A DNA stretch of 35,865 bases from contig JAFARW010000147.1 in assembly GCA_019245275.1 (NCBI GenBank), positions 1-35,865 of the forward strand. The letters run 5' to 3'. Positions within the stretch are counted from its first letter, which is position 1, and each line of letters opens with the position of its first letter. The notes under the pieces are model-generated. The model ran no database searches and was not told the DNA's origin. It saw nothing but the letters and a program-made list of their open reading frames with translations. The DNA comes from Vulcanimicrobiota bacterium. Its GTDB lineage: Bacteria > Vulcanimicrobiota > Vulcanimicrobiia > Vulcanimicrobiales > Vulcanimicrobiaceae. Shown here one piece after another: positions 26,471 to 35,340 of this stretch. The position numbers and the translations under genes are program-made.

Positions 26471-28999
26471 TTAAATGCGCGCTAGGTTCAGAAGCCGGAA
26501 TCCTTTGCTTTCGATCGAGAGCGCGAGCGTCGACAGCTCCGATCCGAGCTCCTCTTCCGGCTCTTCCCAAGCCCCACGTTCACTATTGAATAGCCGCACC
26601 ATATAGTTCGTATTCGCATCGACTAAGCGCGAGAGATTCATTGGAATCGTCGATGTTTGGTCGCCCATGTTCCCAACCAAGATGGCAAATTCATTTTCTT
26701 TTGCGAGCGCAATCGCAGCGGCGCTAGCTGAGAAAACCGCGAGATCGTCGGTCACATCCCGGCTGAAAAGCTGCATCTCGGAATCGCTCTCGACCTGCGC
26801 CGTCGTATAGATTTGTGATATCGTCCCTTTGCGTATCATGAAATACGAGAGCTCGCCACCGTGGTATCGAAGGCGGCGTAGTCCAACCCAACTCCACTCG
26901 AGTGGGATCAGCGGATTGATGCATGGCACGCCGGAGGTCAACGTCAAGCCACAGACGCCTTCCACTGCCGCCCACAAAAAGCGGGGCGGCTCCCACGGGC
27001 TTAAACGCATGCCTTTGTTCGTCAAACTCTCACCGTCGAACCATTCGCTGAACTGTCCGGGCACGGTGTTGTTCTTCTTCGGATCCGTGCCGTAGTGTTC
27101 GAACGACGAGCGGAGCGCGCGAACCATGAACTCCGGATGATAGGGCGCCGCCGCGAATGCGTACCACCAAGTCAGCCCGGGCCATACACCGCCCATCAAG
27201 CCTGAGTAGTGGCTCGGATCGTAGAGCGGATCGACGCGGGATGCGGTTCGCAAACCCGCCGGTGTCCAGAAGTCGGGCGCATTGAGGCGGCTGATGATGC
27301 GAAAGGCCGTTTCATCGTCGCACACGCGAAAGATCACCGGAAAGACTTCGTCACCAGTGACATCCGTGTGCACGTTGCCTTCGGCATCGATGTTGAGATA
27401 AAACAAGCCGTTTTCCGGATTGATCAGATGGCTGTTGATCGCATCGCGCAGCGATTGGTAACCCGCTGAAAATTCCGGGCCGTCTGCGCCGTGATCGTCC
27501 GTCTGCGCTGCGAGCTCCGCGGCCGCGCGTAAAGCCGCTGCGCACTCCGCGTTGATTTCAGTGACCGCACCGTTGATCGTGTACAGCGGGATGATGTTGC
27601 GCCAGCTCGCGATGGCCCAAACATATCCGCGCGGGTCGGTCGCGTTGCAGAAGATCAAGCCGCGCTTATCGCGCTGTGAGAGAATGTAACGTGCCGCTCG
27701 CGCGACGGCCGGATACGCCTCTTGAAGCCACGCTTTATCGCCCGTCGCTTGAAAGTGGTGATGCGCGGCGAGGATGAAGAGCGGCGTATCGTCGTTGATG
27801 TTCAGGCCGTCGTCTTCAATCTTGCCCGTGATCGCATCCGTATATTCCGGCATCTTGCCGTTGCGGTATTGAATCCCGATCAACTTCTTAAGCAACGAGC
27901 GCGAAAACTCGGGCATGAAGTAATCGTTGCCAAAGATGAACCACGCCGCGTCCCGGACGACCAGATTCGGCGTGTTGCCGGGATCGTTCGTAAAGGCGCG
28001 ACCTTGTGGGTACGTCGCCATCACGCGCCGCATGTTGACCTTGCTCCAGAGCGCGCCCTGATTGATCAACGCATCTGGCGCTACGATCTCGGTGAAGTGA
28101 ACGCGTTCGTCGAGATGTTCGATCGTACGCTGCAGCGCGACGTCCGACGCCAGCGAGTCGCAAAAGGTATCGAGAGCTTGGGCCTCATCGACCCCAACGA
28201 AGGCGCCGGCTTTCAAACAGCATTCGTGCACGGCGCCCGGCTCGAGCGTGATGTCCGTCTGCAAGCAACCCAAGATGTCGCCTTCAACATCGGTTGTGTT
28301 TGTTAACGCGTGCACGTGCGACGGATCGTAAACGCTTCCAAAATCGAACGTCGTGCTGTAGCGCATCGCCTTAGGAAGCATAGCGAATATTCGCAGGCTC
28401 CGGCGATCCCCGCGGTTCCAGGCGACGATCGCGTTGCATCGCTCATCGTAACGGGCTTGGATGTCCGCAATCGTGCTGCCCCGCAACCGCGCATACGCCG
28501 TGATGCGTAGGTTGTGTTGATAGACATCCGCGTTGTGCAACAGAATGCTTTGATACGCGATCGGCGGATCGTCCTGGGCTTCTGTGTCTTCTGAAAGCAG
28601 CGGCACGAACGTCGTTTCCACCACTCGCACTGCACCGACAATGGTGAACGTTACGCGCTGGCACGCGGGATGAATTTCGAAAGTGCGCACGTTGTTGTCG
28701 GGACGCACTCCGACGTAACTAGATCCAGCAGCATGCGCCGGTCCGAGCCAGCCATCGCTCAGAGGAACGCCCGTACCCGCATACCGGATAATGATCGTGC
28801 CGAACAAACTCTCGGGGCACTTGATCGGTGAAACGCGTTCGATCGCACCGGTGCTCTTTGTATTGATCCAAACCGCGCTGTTGCCGAGGCTTGCGCCCAT
28901 GCCAAGCTCGGTATCCGGTATTGTAAACGCGGGAAGCCGGCGCGGCCCCAGCGCCGTCTGCGGTACCGCTTGAGTTTTTGGACCGAGGTCGGTTTCCAC
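26471..28999 (-). CDS. Large cytoplasmic six-hairpin (alpha/alpha)6 glycosidase-like protein (GDE_C / amylo-alpha-1,6-glucosidase-like)
   Basis: 842 aa with a GTG start and no signal peptide. The central region VVRDAAWFIFGNDYF...YRNGKMPEY...NDDTPLFILAAHHHFQATGDKAWL...WRNIIP...GAVTEINAECAAALRAAAELA resembles GDE_C/GH15-like catalytic domains. The family assignment is tentative. Confidence 0.5.
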   Translation of the reverse strand: METDLGPKTQAVPQTALGPRRLPAFTIPDTELGMGASLGNSAVWINTKSTGAIERVSPIKCPESLFGTIIIRYAGTGVPLSDGWLGPAHAAGSSYVGVRPDNNVRTFEIHPACQRVTFTIVGAVRVVETTFVPLLSEDTEAQDDPPIAYQSILLHNADVYQHNLRITAYARLRGSTIADIQARYDERCNAIVAWNRGDRRSLRIFAMLPKAMRYSTTFDFGSVYDPSHVHALTNTTDVEGDILGCLQTDITLEPGAVHECCLKAGAFVGVDEAQALDTFCDSLASDVALQRTIEHLDERVHFTEIVAPDALINQGALWSKVNMRRVMATYPQGRAFTNDPGNTPNLVVRDAAWFIFGNDYFMPEFSRSLLKKLIGIQYRNGKMPEYTDAITGKIEDDGLNINDDTPLFILAAHHHFQATGDKAWLQEAYPAVARAARYILSQRDKRGLIFCNATDPRGYVWAIASWRNIIPLYTINGAVTEINAECAAALRAAAELAAQTDDHGADGPEFSAGYQSLRDAINSHLINPENGLFYLNIDAEGNVHTDVTGDEVFPVIFRVCDDETAFRIISRLNAPDFWTPAGLRTASRVDPLYDPSHYSGLMGGVWPGLTWWYAFAAAPYHPEFMVRALRSSFEHYGTDPKKNNTVPGQFSEWFDGESLTNKGMRLSPWEPPRFLWAAVEGVCGLTLTSGVPCINPLIPLEWSWVGLRRLRYHGGELSYFMIRKGTISQIYTTAQVESDSEMQLFSRDVTDDLAVFSASAAAIALAKENEFAILVGNMGDQTSTIPMNLSRLVDANTNYMVRLFNSERGAWEEPEEELGSELSTLALSIESKGFRLLNLARI

Positions 29000-29056
29000 T
29001 ACAGTCGCGCTACTCCAACGCCGCCATCGAGTCTCCCCTGCGTGCGTTCAGAAAAC

Positions 29057-29085
29057 AGCGGAGCGTGCATACTGCACGCTCCGCT
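29057..29085 (-). terminator. Intrinsic terminator-like hairpin downstream of the small secreted-protein gene
   Basis: Perfect 13-bp stem AGCGGAGCGTGCA / TGCACGCTCCGCT with a 3-nt loop. On the minus strand it is followed by GUUUUC. It lies between the stop at 29109 and the start of the glycosidase gene at 28999. Confidence 0.6.
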
Positions 29086-29108
29086 TTGGCTAGACGACGA
29101 AACGAAGC

Positions 29109-29363
29109 TTAGCGGGCTCCGGCTGCGATGCCGGCGCGCGTCTGCGCGATCGCTTGGTTAACCAAATTGATTGCATTGACGCGATGCCCGGCTTTATCGG
29201 GGAGAGCCATTTGCAATTGGTTCACGGCGTTTAATTCTGCGCGCAGGGCTGCCTGCATATGCGGTTGGTATGCCATGACCGTACCGGTTAGAGCCGATCC
29301 GAGGACCGCCCCGGCGAGCACCAGCGCTGCGAGGCCACTGCGCCGCTTGATCATCGATAACAT
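29109..29363 (-). CDS. Small secreted helical protein, unknown function
   Basis: MLSMIKRRSGLAALVLAGAVLGSALTGTVMA signal peptide, then ~55 aa of helix-forming sequence (MQAALRAELNAVNQLQMALPDKAGHRVNAINLVNQAIAQT). GAAAGGA lies 6 nt upstream of the ATG at 29363. Confidence 0.5.
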   Translation of the reverse strand: MLSMIKRRSGLAALVLAGAVLGSALTGTVMAYQPHMQAALRAELNAVNQLQMALPDKAGHRVNAINLVNQAIAQTRAGIAAGAR

Positions 29364-29447
29364 GAAGCATCCTTTCAAATGATGACTGGCTGTGCCGCAG
29401 CCGCTTAGCGGCTCGCGGCCTGGGTCACATTCCCGTAGCGGACGGCG

Positions 29448-30335
29448 TCACCTATTGGCTTTGGGAGACCGCACCCAGGCGTGCATGATCCGATCGTGCA
29501 GCGAGGTTGGCAACAAGGTCAAGATCGCGCCAATGCGCGCCGGTGCGCCCACGATATAGTGCGCGCGTGGTCGTCGGGAAGTAAGCGCTCGTAAAACAAT
29601 TTGAGCAACGCGTTCGGGCGGCATACCGACGCGCTCTTCATTTTCCGTCTGGCGCATCAAGGCACGCAGTGCATCTCCGTAGTGTTGGGCTCCGGCGTGT
29701 CCCAAACGCTCCTCCAGCCGTGATCTCGTTTGGCGCCCTTTGCGCCAAATCGGCGTTCTGACCGAGCCGGGCTCGATCAAGCAAACTCGGATGCCCGCGT
29801 GCGCGAGTTCGATGCGCATTGCATCCGCCAGCGCACGCAAAGCGAACTTAGATGCGCTATACGGTCCAATGAACGGCATCGCGATACGCCCGGCCACGGA
29901 ACCGATGAAGATCAAGCGGCCCTGAGCGGACCGAAGTTGCGGAAGAAACGCCTGCGCCACCGCCAGCGCGCCGACGACATTAACTTCGAGTTGATGGCGG
30001 AGTTCGTCTAAGCGCACGTATTCTAACGGACCGCCAAGTGCGATGCCCGCATTGCTGACGACGCCTTCGAGTCGCAATCCGCTCGCCGCAACCTGCTGTG
30101 CAGCGCTCGCAACCGATCCATCGTCCGTCACATCGAGGACTACGCCGCGCACGTTCGCAGAGACAGTCTCTACGGCAGCGGCATCTGCACCAGTGCGCAC
30201 CGTTGCAAAAACATTGAAGTGTCGTTCAGAGAGCGCCTCGACGATCGCTTTGCCGATGCCGCTCGACGTGCCAGTGACGACGACTGCGCCGCGTTCAGGC
30301 CGCGGCGAATCGGGCGCCTTCGAGTGTTTCCTCAT
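29448..30335 (-). CDS. Classical short-chain dehydrogenase/reductase (SDR)
   Basis: VVVTGTSSGIGKAI (TGxxxGxG), NAG, and the YSASKFAL catalytic YxxxK. Confidence 0.85.
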   Translation of the reverse strand: MRKHSKAPDSPRPERGAVVVTGTSSGIGKAIVEALSERHFNVFATVRTGADAAAVETVSANVRGVVLDVTDDGSVASAAQQVAASGLRLEGVVSNAGIALGGPLEYVRLDELRHQLEVNVVGALAVAQAFLPQLRSAQGRLIFIGSVAGRIAMPFIGPYSASKFALRALADAMRIELAHAGIRVCLIEPGSVRTPIWRKGRQTRSRLEERLGHAGAQHYGDALRALMRQTENEERVGMPPERVAQIVLRALTSRRPRAHYIVGAPARIGAILTLLPTSLHDRIMHAWVRSPKANR

Positions 30336-31506
30336 GAAAGTTCGCTTGGTAGGCGATCATGTCGGCGGTGCGTGGAAACTGCGGGTGCGTTCGCCGATCG
30401 GTGAGAGCGAAGGTTGAGCTCCGCTTGACAAGCGTGCCTAAACGGACCATCCCATTCAACGCGGCACGCGTTGCGCGCTCGGGATCCTTGCGCAAGTGGG
30501 GTTCAATGAAGAGCGCCTCGGGCAAAGCCGCGATTTGGTCCTTTACGCCCTCGATCGCTTCCGGGCCGGTAAACGGCGCGCTTCGATCGCGCAGCCACGT
30601 TGCGAGCAATGCGCTCGTCGTCACGGGACGCAGCCGCTTGAGCTGAATGTCGAGCGAAAGATCGGGAACAGCGGGCGCGATCCGGTATAGCAACCCTAAC
30701 CGCCGTCCAACAAAAGGATCGTAGCTGATGCCGGCCAGCCACACCGATGCGAGCGGTTGCAAACGCGAGAGAGCGCCGCGCAGCCGTTGCATCTTGCCGT
30801 CGCCGGAATAAAAGCCCTCAGGCGCTAGAAAGATTGTCGCTCCATCGCGCGCGAGCGCTTCGAAATGTGCGAGGTCGCCTTCTAATTGACGGCGCGTTGC
30901 GTTAAGCGCGGCCTCTTTATACGGATCGCGCAGTTCGGAGAGTTTCACGACGGAACGTCCCGTCTTAAAGTTCTTTCGCGAAAGCAAATCCGACAGTCGC
31001 TTTATCGATGCCGGTAAGCGCTCGAGCGCGCGCGATTGGAATACCTGATCGACCGGCAGATCGCCGAATTGCGCGTGGAGCGTATAGGCTAGGCTGACAA
31101 AAGGTCGCGCGTGCAGCTCATTTTCGATTGGCTGCATGCCAAGAGCGCTAAACATCGGACCGAGGTTGAACCCACTGAGCAAGAAGGAAAGCCACGGGAG
31201 ACGCTCCGCCAAAAAACCCGGCTCCCACATCCGCCGTGACGACACCGTAAAGATCGGATAACGCCAGGAGAACGTCCGCAAGCTCATTATCGCGACGATC
31301 GCGGGCGATTCGATCTCATGTTGATGATTCACGACGAACAGCGTCCCGCTGCGCCGTCGGGGTAGCGTACCCCAACCCATGAGCCGGTAGGCAAGCGAGT
31401 AGTATGCCGTTACCGATGAGACGGTGAGCCAACGCAACGGCTGCACCCAAAGCGGCGCCGTTCTGCGGAGCTCATCATCACGCTTGTTATGAAGGTTCGG
31501 CGGCAT
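30295..31506 (-). CDS. PlsC/GPAT-like acyltransferase-domain protein (variant HX4E motif)
   Basis: 403 aa. LFVVNHQHEIESPAIV resembles acyltransferase block I (NHxxxxD/E). FLAPEGFYSGDG resembles block III. The long C-terminal extension has unknown function. Confidence 0.5.
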   Translation of the reverse strand: MPPNLHNKRDDELRRTAPLWVQPLRWLTVSSVTAYYSLAYRLMGWGTLPRRRSGTLFVVNHQHEIESPAIVAIMSLRTFSWRYPIFTVSSRRMWEPGFLAERLPWLSFLLSGFNLGPMFSALGMQPIENELHARPFVSLAYTLHAQFGDLPVDQVFQSRALERLPASIKRLSDLLSRKNFKTGRSVVKLSELRDPYKEAALNATRRQLEGDLAHFEALARDGATIFLAPEGFYSGDGKMQRLRGALSRLQPLASVWLAGISYDPFVGRRLGLLYRIAPAVPDLSLDIQLKRLRPVTTSALLATWLRDRSAPFTGPEAIEGVKDQIAALPEALFIEPHLRKDPERATRAALNGMVRLGTLVKRSSTFALTDRRTHPQFPRTADMIAYQANFHEETLEGARFAAA

Positions 31507-32290
31507 TCGCGCTGCGCGCGGCGCGCGCGTCGCGGTTCAATCGCTTCTGGATCCGGGCATTCCCAAAGACGGCGTCAACTAAGGCCGGGAACGACCGCGC
31601 GATCAGCGCCGGCAAGATATAGTTAGCCGGCACAATACGCGTACGCCGCGGGCGTTGGATCGCATCGACGATCGCATCGGCGACGATCTCGGGCCCCGGC
31701 AAGCGATTCGTCATCTGCGCGTTCATCGCCGTGCGGATGAAGCCGGGTTCGATCAATGTCACGCCAATGTTGAAGCTCTTGACTTCGCGGCGCACGGAAT
31801 CGGTGAGGCCGCGCAATCCGAACTTCGACGCCGAGTAGATACCCATAACGCCGGCTTCGCCGGCAATCGAGCCGACATTGACGATCGACCCGCGACGCTG
31901 CGCCTTCATCGTCGGCAGAACCGCATGCATCAGCCGCGCGGGCCCCAAGAGATTAATTGCCACGACATCTTCTAACTCGGCATCGGAACTATCGCACATC
32001 GCGGGACTCGAACCGATGCCGGCGGTGTTGACGAGAATGTCGATGCGACCGAACGTCTCAAGTGTCGTTGCGACCAACCGATCGATGTCGTTGCGACTGC
32101 GCAAGTCCGTTGGCACGGCAAGGTGAGAAATCTGGTCCGCGCGTGCTTCAGCGACGAGTGCCTGTAGCATCGGATCATCTAACGATGCGAAGACCACGTG
32201 AACGCCTTGCGCAGCAAGCGCGCGGCAGGTGGCCGCCCCGATCGCGCCTGAGGCGCCTGCAACGATCGCGACTGCTCCGCGAAGCGACAT
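31487..32290 (-). CDS. Classical short-chain dehydrogenase/reductase (SDR)
   Basis: MSLRGAVAIVAGASGAIGAAT, NTAG and YSASKFGL. The ATG at 32290 is preferred over the longest ORF (32356). The 3' end overlaps the acyltransferase start by 20 nt. Confidence 0.85.
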   Translation of the reverse strand: MSLRGAVAIVAGASGAIGAATCRALAAQGVHVVFASLDDPMLQALVAEARADQISHLAVPTDLRSRNDIDRLVATTLETFGRIDILVNTAGIGSSPAMCDSSDAELEDVVAINLLGPARLMHAVLPTMKAQRRGSIVNVGSIAGEAGVMGIYSASKFGLRGLTDSVRREVKSFNIGVTLIEPGFIRTAMNAQMTNRLPGPEIVADAIVDAIQRPRRTRIVPANYILPALIARSFPALVDAVFGNARIQKRLNRDARAARSANAAEPS

Positions 32291-32345
32291 CACGCGCTCG
32301 TTATCGCTTCTCGAAGAGGCGACCTGTTCTGGGAACAATATCGCT

Positions 32346-32519
32346 ATGAGCGGCACCGAGCGTTATCTCGTCGTCCGACGAATCGCCGGTTTCTCTTTGG
32401 TGATGGCGCTCGTCGCCGGATCGCGGATCGGCCGCCCGACGGGCGTTGCGGTGGGTCCGCAAGGCGATCTCTTCGTCGCCGACGATCAGACCGGCAACAT
32501 CTACCGGATCCGCCCGTAG
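32346..32519 (+). pseudogene. Possible C-terminal remnant of a beta-propeller (PQQ-dependent sugar dehydrogenase / NHL-like) gene
   Basis: The last ~30 codons, GRPTGVAVGPQGDLFVADDQTGNIYRIRP*, match the terminal blade consensus of soluble glucose/sorbosone dehydrogenase-like propellers. No remainder of such a gene lies upstream. Confidence 0.3.
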
Positions 32520-32530
32520 CGACCGGCACC

Positions 32531-33535
32531 GTGCCGTCGCGCTTTTCCGCGATGGTGCTGCATCAACCGATGTCGATCGAGCAGCGTCCGCTTCGCTCCG
32601 AAGAGATCGCGTTCAATCCACTGGCACCAGGACACGTGCGGCTGCGCGTTCGCGCTTGCGGCGTCTGCCGAACCGATCTGCACATCGTCGAAGGCGAGCT
32701 GCCGCCGCGGCATCCCGCGATCGTCCCCGGCCACCAGATCGTGGGCGAGGTCGCTGAAAGCGCCGATCCGCTGCACACGATCGGCACTCGCGTCGGCATC
32801 TCATGGATGGGCGGCGTCGACGGAACGTGTGCATACTGTCTGAACGGCGCCGAAAATCTTTGTGACGCGCCGACCTTCACGGGCTACGACGTTGACGGCG
32901 GTTACGCCGCGTATGTCGACGCGCGCGGTGATTTTGCCTCACCACTGCCGAGCGCGATGGATGACTTGCAGGCCGCGCCGCTATTGTGCGCGGGCATCAT
33001 CGGATTTCGCGCGTTGCGCGTCGCCGGCGTCCGGCCGAACGAACGCGTGGGCCTCTTCGGATTTGGCGCATCCGCGCACTTGGCTTTGCCCGTGCTGCAG
33101 CATTGGGAGTGCGAAGCGTACGTTTCAACGCGCGGCCAATCGCATCGAGAATTCGCACGTACACTCGGCGCCGCGTGGGTTGGCGATGCAACGGAGCCGC
33201 CGCCGCATGCGCTGGACCGCGCGATCACCTTTGCACCATCCGGCGACGTTGTCCTGAGCGCACTGTCGTCACTCCGCAAAGGTGGTGTCTTGGCGATCAA
33301 TGCGATTCACCTCGACCGGATGCCAGAGTTCGACTACGACCGGCTCTTGTGGGGCGAACGGCAGATCCGCAGCGTGACGAACATGACTCGAGCAGATGCG
33401 CACGATTTCTTAGGGCTGGCGGCCGCAATTCGATTGCAGCCGGCCGTCCAGACATTCTCGCTGCAGCAAGCGAATGAAGCGCTCGCGGCCGTTAAACGAG
33501 ATGCGATCGACGGGGCGGCTGTGCTGCTCCCGTAG
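32531..33535 (+). CDS. Zinc-dependent alcohol dehydrogenase (MDR family)
   Basis: VRLRVRACGVCRTDLHIVEGE (catalytic Zn site), CAYCLNGAENLC (structural Zn site) and GLFGFGASAHLA (Rossmann fold). An alternative ATG lies at 32552. Confidence 0.9.
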   Translation: MPSRFSAMVLHQPMSIEQRPLRSEEIAFNPLAPGHVRLRVRACGVCRTDLHIVEGELPPRHPAIVPGHQIVGEVAESADPLHTIGTRVGISWMGGVDGTCAYCLNGAENLCDAPTFTGYDVDGGYAAYVDARGDFASPLPSAMDDLQAAPLLCAGIIGFRALRVAGVRPNERVGLFGFGASAHLALPVLQHWECEAYVSTRGQSHREFARTLGAAWVGDATEPPPHALDRAITFAPSGDVVLSALSSLRKGGVLAINAIHLDRMPEFDYDRLLWGERQIRSVTNMTRADAHDFLGLAAAIRLQPAVQTFSLQQANEALAAVKRDAIDGAAVLLP

Positions 33536-33547
33536 AACAGGAGATAG

Positions 33548-34198
33548 ATGATGGAAGCTTCGCGAATCAACCGGACTCTAAAAGCGATCGCGGTCGCTGC
33601 ATGCGTTGCGGTTTTCTTTGCCGGCTGCGGACGCAGCTCGAACGTGACGACGCAAAACGCGAACCCGGCAAATCGTAGCGCCGCGGGCGGAACGGTCGTC
33701 GCTGCGAGCGGCACGACCTTTTACGGCAAACTTCAGCAAGCGATCGGCTCGAAATCAAGCCACAATGGCGACACGTTCAGCTTAGCGCAGACCGATACAC
33801 TCTTGCATCGAGCGCCGGCGGCGCTACGCGGCAGCACGATCAATGGTCACCTAGAGGGCGTTCACGCAGCCGGCCCGCTGCACAAGCCGGCGATGACGCT
33901 CGTCTTCGATAACATAACGTTTTCCGACGGCACCAAGGCCCCGGTCAGCGTACAGCTCCTTTCAATGAAAGCTTTCGAAGCCAAAAGTCACAAGCTGCGA
34001 ACGCTAGGATTAATGGCGGGCGGCGCAATAGCCGCGCATGAAATCGCCAAGCACACCGGAGGAGCGGGGCACGGTTTGATGGGCATGGCGGGCGGTTACG
34101 TGCTCTCGCAAGCGCTGAAAACGGATATTGCCGTCCCGGCAGGCACGGTGCTTGAGTTGAAGTTCACGGCACCTGTGTCGAGCGGCTCGTCACAATAA
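33548..34198 (+). CDS. Lipoprotein with C-terminal glycine-zipper segment, unknown function
   Basis: Lipobox AVFFAGCG. AGGAGA lies upstream of the ATG. C-terminal LGLMAGGAIAAHEIAKHTGGAGHGLMGMAGGYVL is glycine-zipper-like. Confidence 0.6.
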   Translation: MMEASRINRTLKAIAVAACVAVFFAGCGRSSNVTTQNANPANRSAAGGTVVAASGTTFYGKLQQAIGSKSSHNGDTFSLAQTDTLLHRAPAALRGSTINGHLEGVHAAGPLHKPAMTLVFDNITFSDGTKAPVSVQLLSMKAFEAKSHKLRTLGLMAGGAIAAHEIAKHTGGAGHGLMGMAGGYVLSQALKTDIAVPAGTVLELKFTAPVSSGSSQ

Positions 34199-34221
34199 CT
34201 CGCCCGGACGTTAGGAAAGGA

Positions 34222-34249
34222 AGAGAGCCCGCGACCTCGCGGGCTCTCT
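34222..34249. terminator. Bidirectional terminator-like hairpin between convergent genes
   Basis: 12-bp perfect stem AGAGAGCCCGCG / CGCGGGCTCTCT with loop ACCT. It lies between the stops at 34198 (+) and 34256 (-). T/C-rich tracts follow on both strands. Confidence 0.6.
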
Positions 34250-34255
34250 CTTAGG

Positions 34256-34450
34256 TTATTTCTTGCGGCAGTAACCCTTGACTAACTTACCGTTCTTCAT
34301 ATAGGGATGAACCCACATCTGTCCCTTCGGACAGGACATGTGTTTGGCCATCACGTGCGCCTTCACTTTGCTGGAAGTGCTGGCAGTTGCAATGGTTCCA
34401 AGTGATGCGCACATCGCGAGCGCTAACAAAAACGAAAGAATACGGGTCAT
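34256..34450 (-). CDS. Small secreted cationic two-Cys peptide (paralog 2)
   Basis: MTRILSFLLALAMCASLGTIATA signal peptide, then ...SCPKGQMWVHPYMKNGKLVKGYCRKK. AGGAGG Shine-Dalgarno sequence 6 nt upstream. Confidence 0.7.
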   Translation of the reverse strand: MTRILSFLLALAMCASLGTIATASTSSKVKAHVMAKHMSCPKGQMWVHPYMKNGKLVKGYCRKK

Positions 34451-34471
34451 AGATTCCTCCTGTAGTAGGGC

Positions 34472-34672
34472 TTACTTAGACTTACGGCAGTAGCCCTTGA
34501 CCTTGGTGCCATCCTTTTTCGTGTAGCCTTTGACCCAGGTCTGGCCCTTCGGACAAGAGTGCGACATCTTCGTCGACCCCATCATGCTGCTGTGATGCGT
34601 GCTGGCAACGGCCACCGTTCCCAGTGATGCGCACATTGCGAGAGCTAACAAAGACGAAAGAATACGGCTCAT
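34472..34672 (-). CDS. Small secreted cationic two-Cys peptide (paralog 1)
   Basis: MSRILSSLLALAMCASLGTVAVA signal peptide, then ...SCPKGQTWVKGYTKKDGTKVKGYCRKSK. AGGAGG Shine-Dalgarno sequence 6 nt upstream. Confidence 0.7.
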   Translation of the reverse strand: MSRILSSLLALAMCASLGTVAVASTHHSSMMGSTKMSHSCPKGQTWVKGYTKKDGTKVKGYCRKSK

Positions 34673-34807
34673 GGATCCCTCCTGTAGTAGCGGCCGATGA
34701 ACGGCTTGCTTGGACCATTAGTGGCCGCACGTAGTGCTCCTTTCAGGACGCATAATGAAGAGGAGGCCCGCTTGAGCCTCCCCGAGAGTATCGTTCGTCC
34801 GCGTTAG

Positions 34808-35197
34808 CTAGTAAATTGATGTCGCGTAGAACGTGCCGTCAAGCCAGTAGCCGTACGCGACGACCTGACGGCCAACACCGACCTTGCCGGTTGCCTTGCG
34901 GTCGAGAGCCGGTTGGTCATTGATGACGACCGTGCGATTCGTCTGTTGCAAGGACACGAGATGGCCTTCGACCTTCGTAATCGTGCCGCTCACGTTATCG
35001 TGTCGAAGGCGCGTAGTTTCAGGTGGACATTTTCCATTAGGAACCCACTCGTCGTTGACCCACGTGCCGCAGGTGAGATCGCTGTAGGATGGCGTTACAT
35101 CGGTCGGTGCCGGCGGCGCTTGCTGCGCACTTGCCAGGCCGGCGCCTGCGCCGTACGCGAGCAGAGTGGCTGCGAGTGCGAGGTAAAGGTGTTTCAA
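34808..35197 (-). CDS. Secreted protein with DUF5666-like C-terminal beta domain, unknown function
   Basis: TTG start at 35197, preceded by AAAGGAGAA. Signal peptide (M)KHLYLALAATLLAYGAGAGLASA. GTITKVEGHLVSLQQTNRTVVIND pattern. The upstream 23 codons of the track ORF are unlikely to be coding. Confidence 0.55.
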   Translation of the reverse strand: MKHLYLALAATLLAYGAGAGLASAQQAPPAPTDVTPSYSDLTCGTWVNDEWVPNGKCPPETTRLRHDNVSGTITKVEGHLVSLQQTNRTVVINDQPALDRKATGKVGVGRQVVAYGYWLDGTFYATSIY

Positions 35198-35340
35198 GAG
35201 ATATTCTCCTTTCGCCGGTTTTCCGCGTTGCTTCGAACGCGGATTCGACCCAGGAATCGTACCCAAATGACCCTCGGCGGCCTTAAGCTTCCGCCTGCTT
35301 ACGTAGCCCCGCAGCGTCTTTTCGAGTTAAAGTGAGACAA

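Larger units (their letters stand above)
34256..34693 (-). repeat. Tandem duplication (2 units of ~220 bp), each with leader CTACTACAGGAGG plus a small-peptide gene
   Basis: The two units share the 5' leader (CCCTACTACAGGAGGAATCT versus CCGCTACTACAGGAGGGATCC). Their signal-peptide codons are nearly identical, and both carry the conserved TGTCCGAAGGG...GTCAAGGG(T/C)TACTGCCG. Confidence 0.65.

Noticed and set aside
34738-34790. Weak hairpin GGAGGC-N8-GCCTCC downstream of the DUF5666-like gene
   Set aside because: It has only 6 bp, a large loop and a poor U-tract, so the evidence is not strong enough to call a terminator.
35215-35300. Short inverted repeats (CCGCGTT-N6-AACGCGG; GGCGG-N10-CCGCC containing AAGCTT/CTTAAG) in the divergent intergenic region
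   Set aside because: They could be operators. However, they are short, of the kind expected by chance in GC-rich DNA, and no regulator context supports them.
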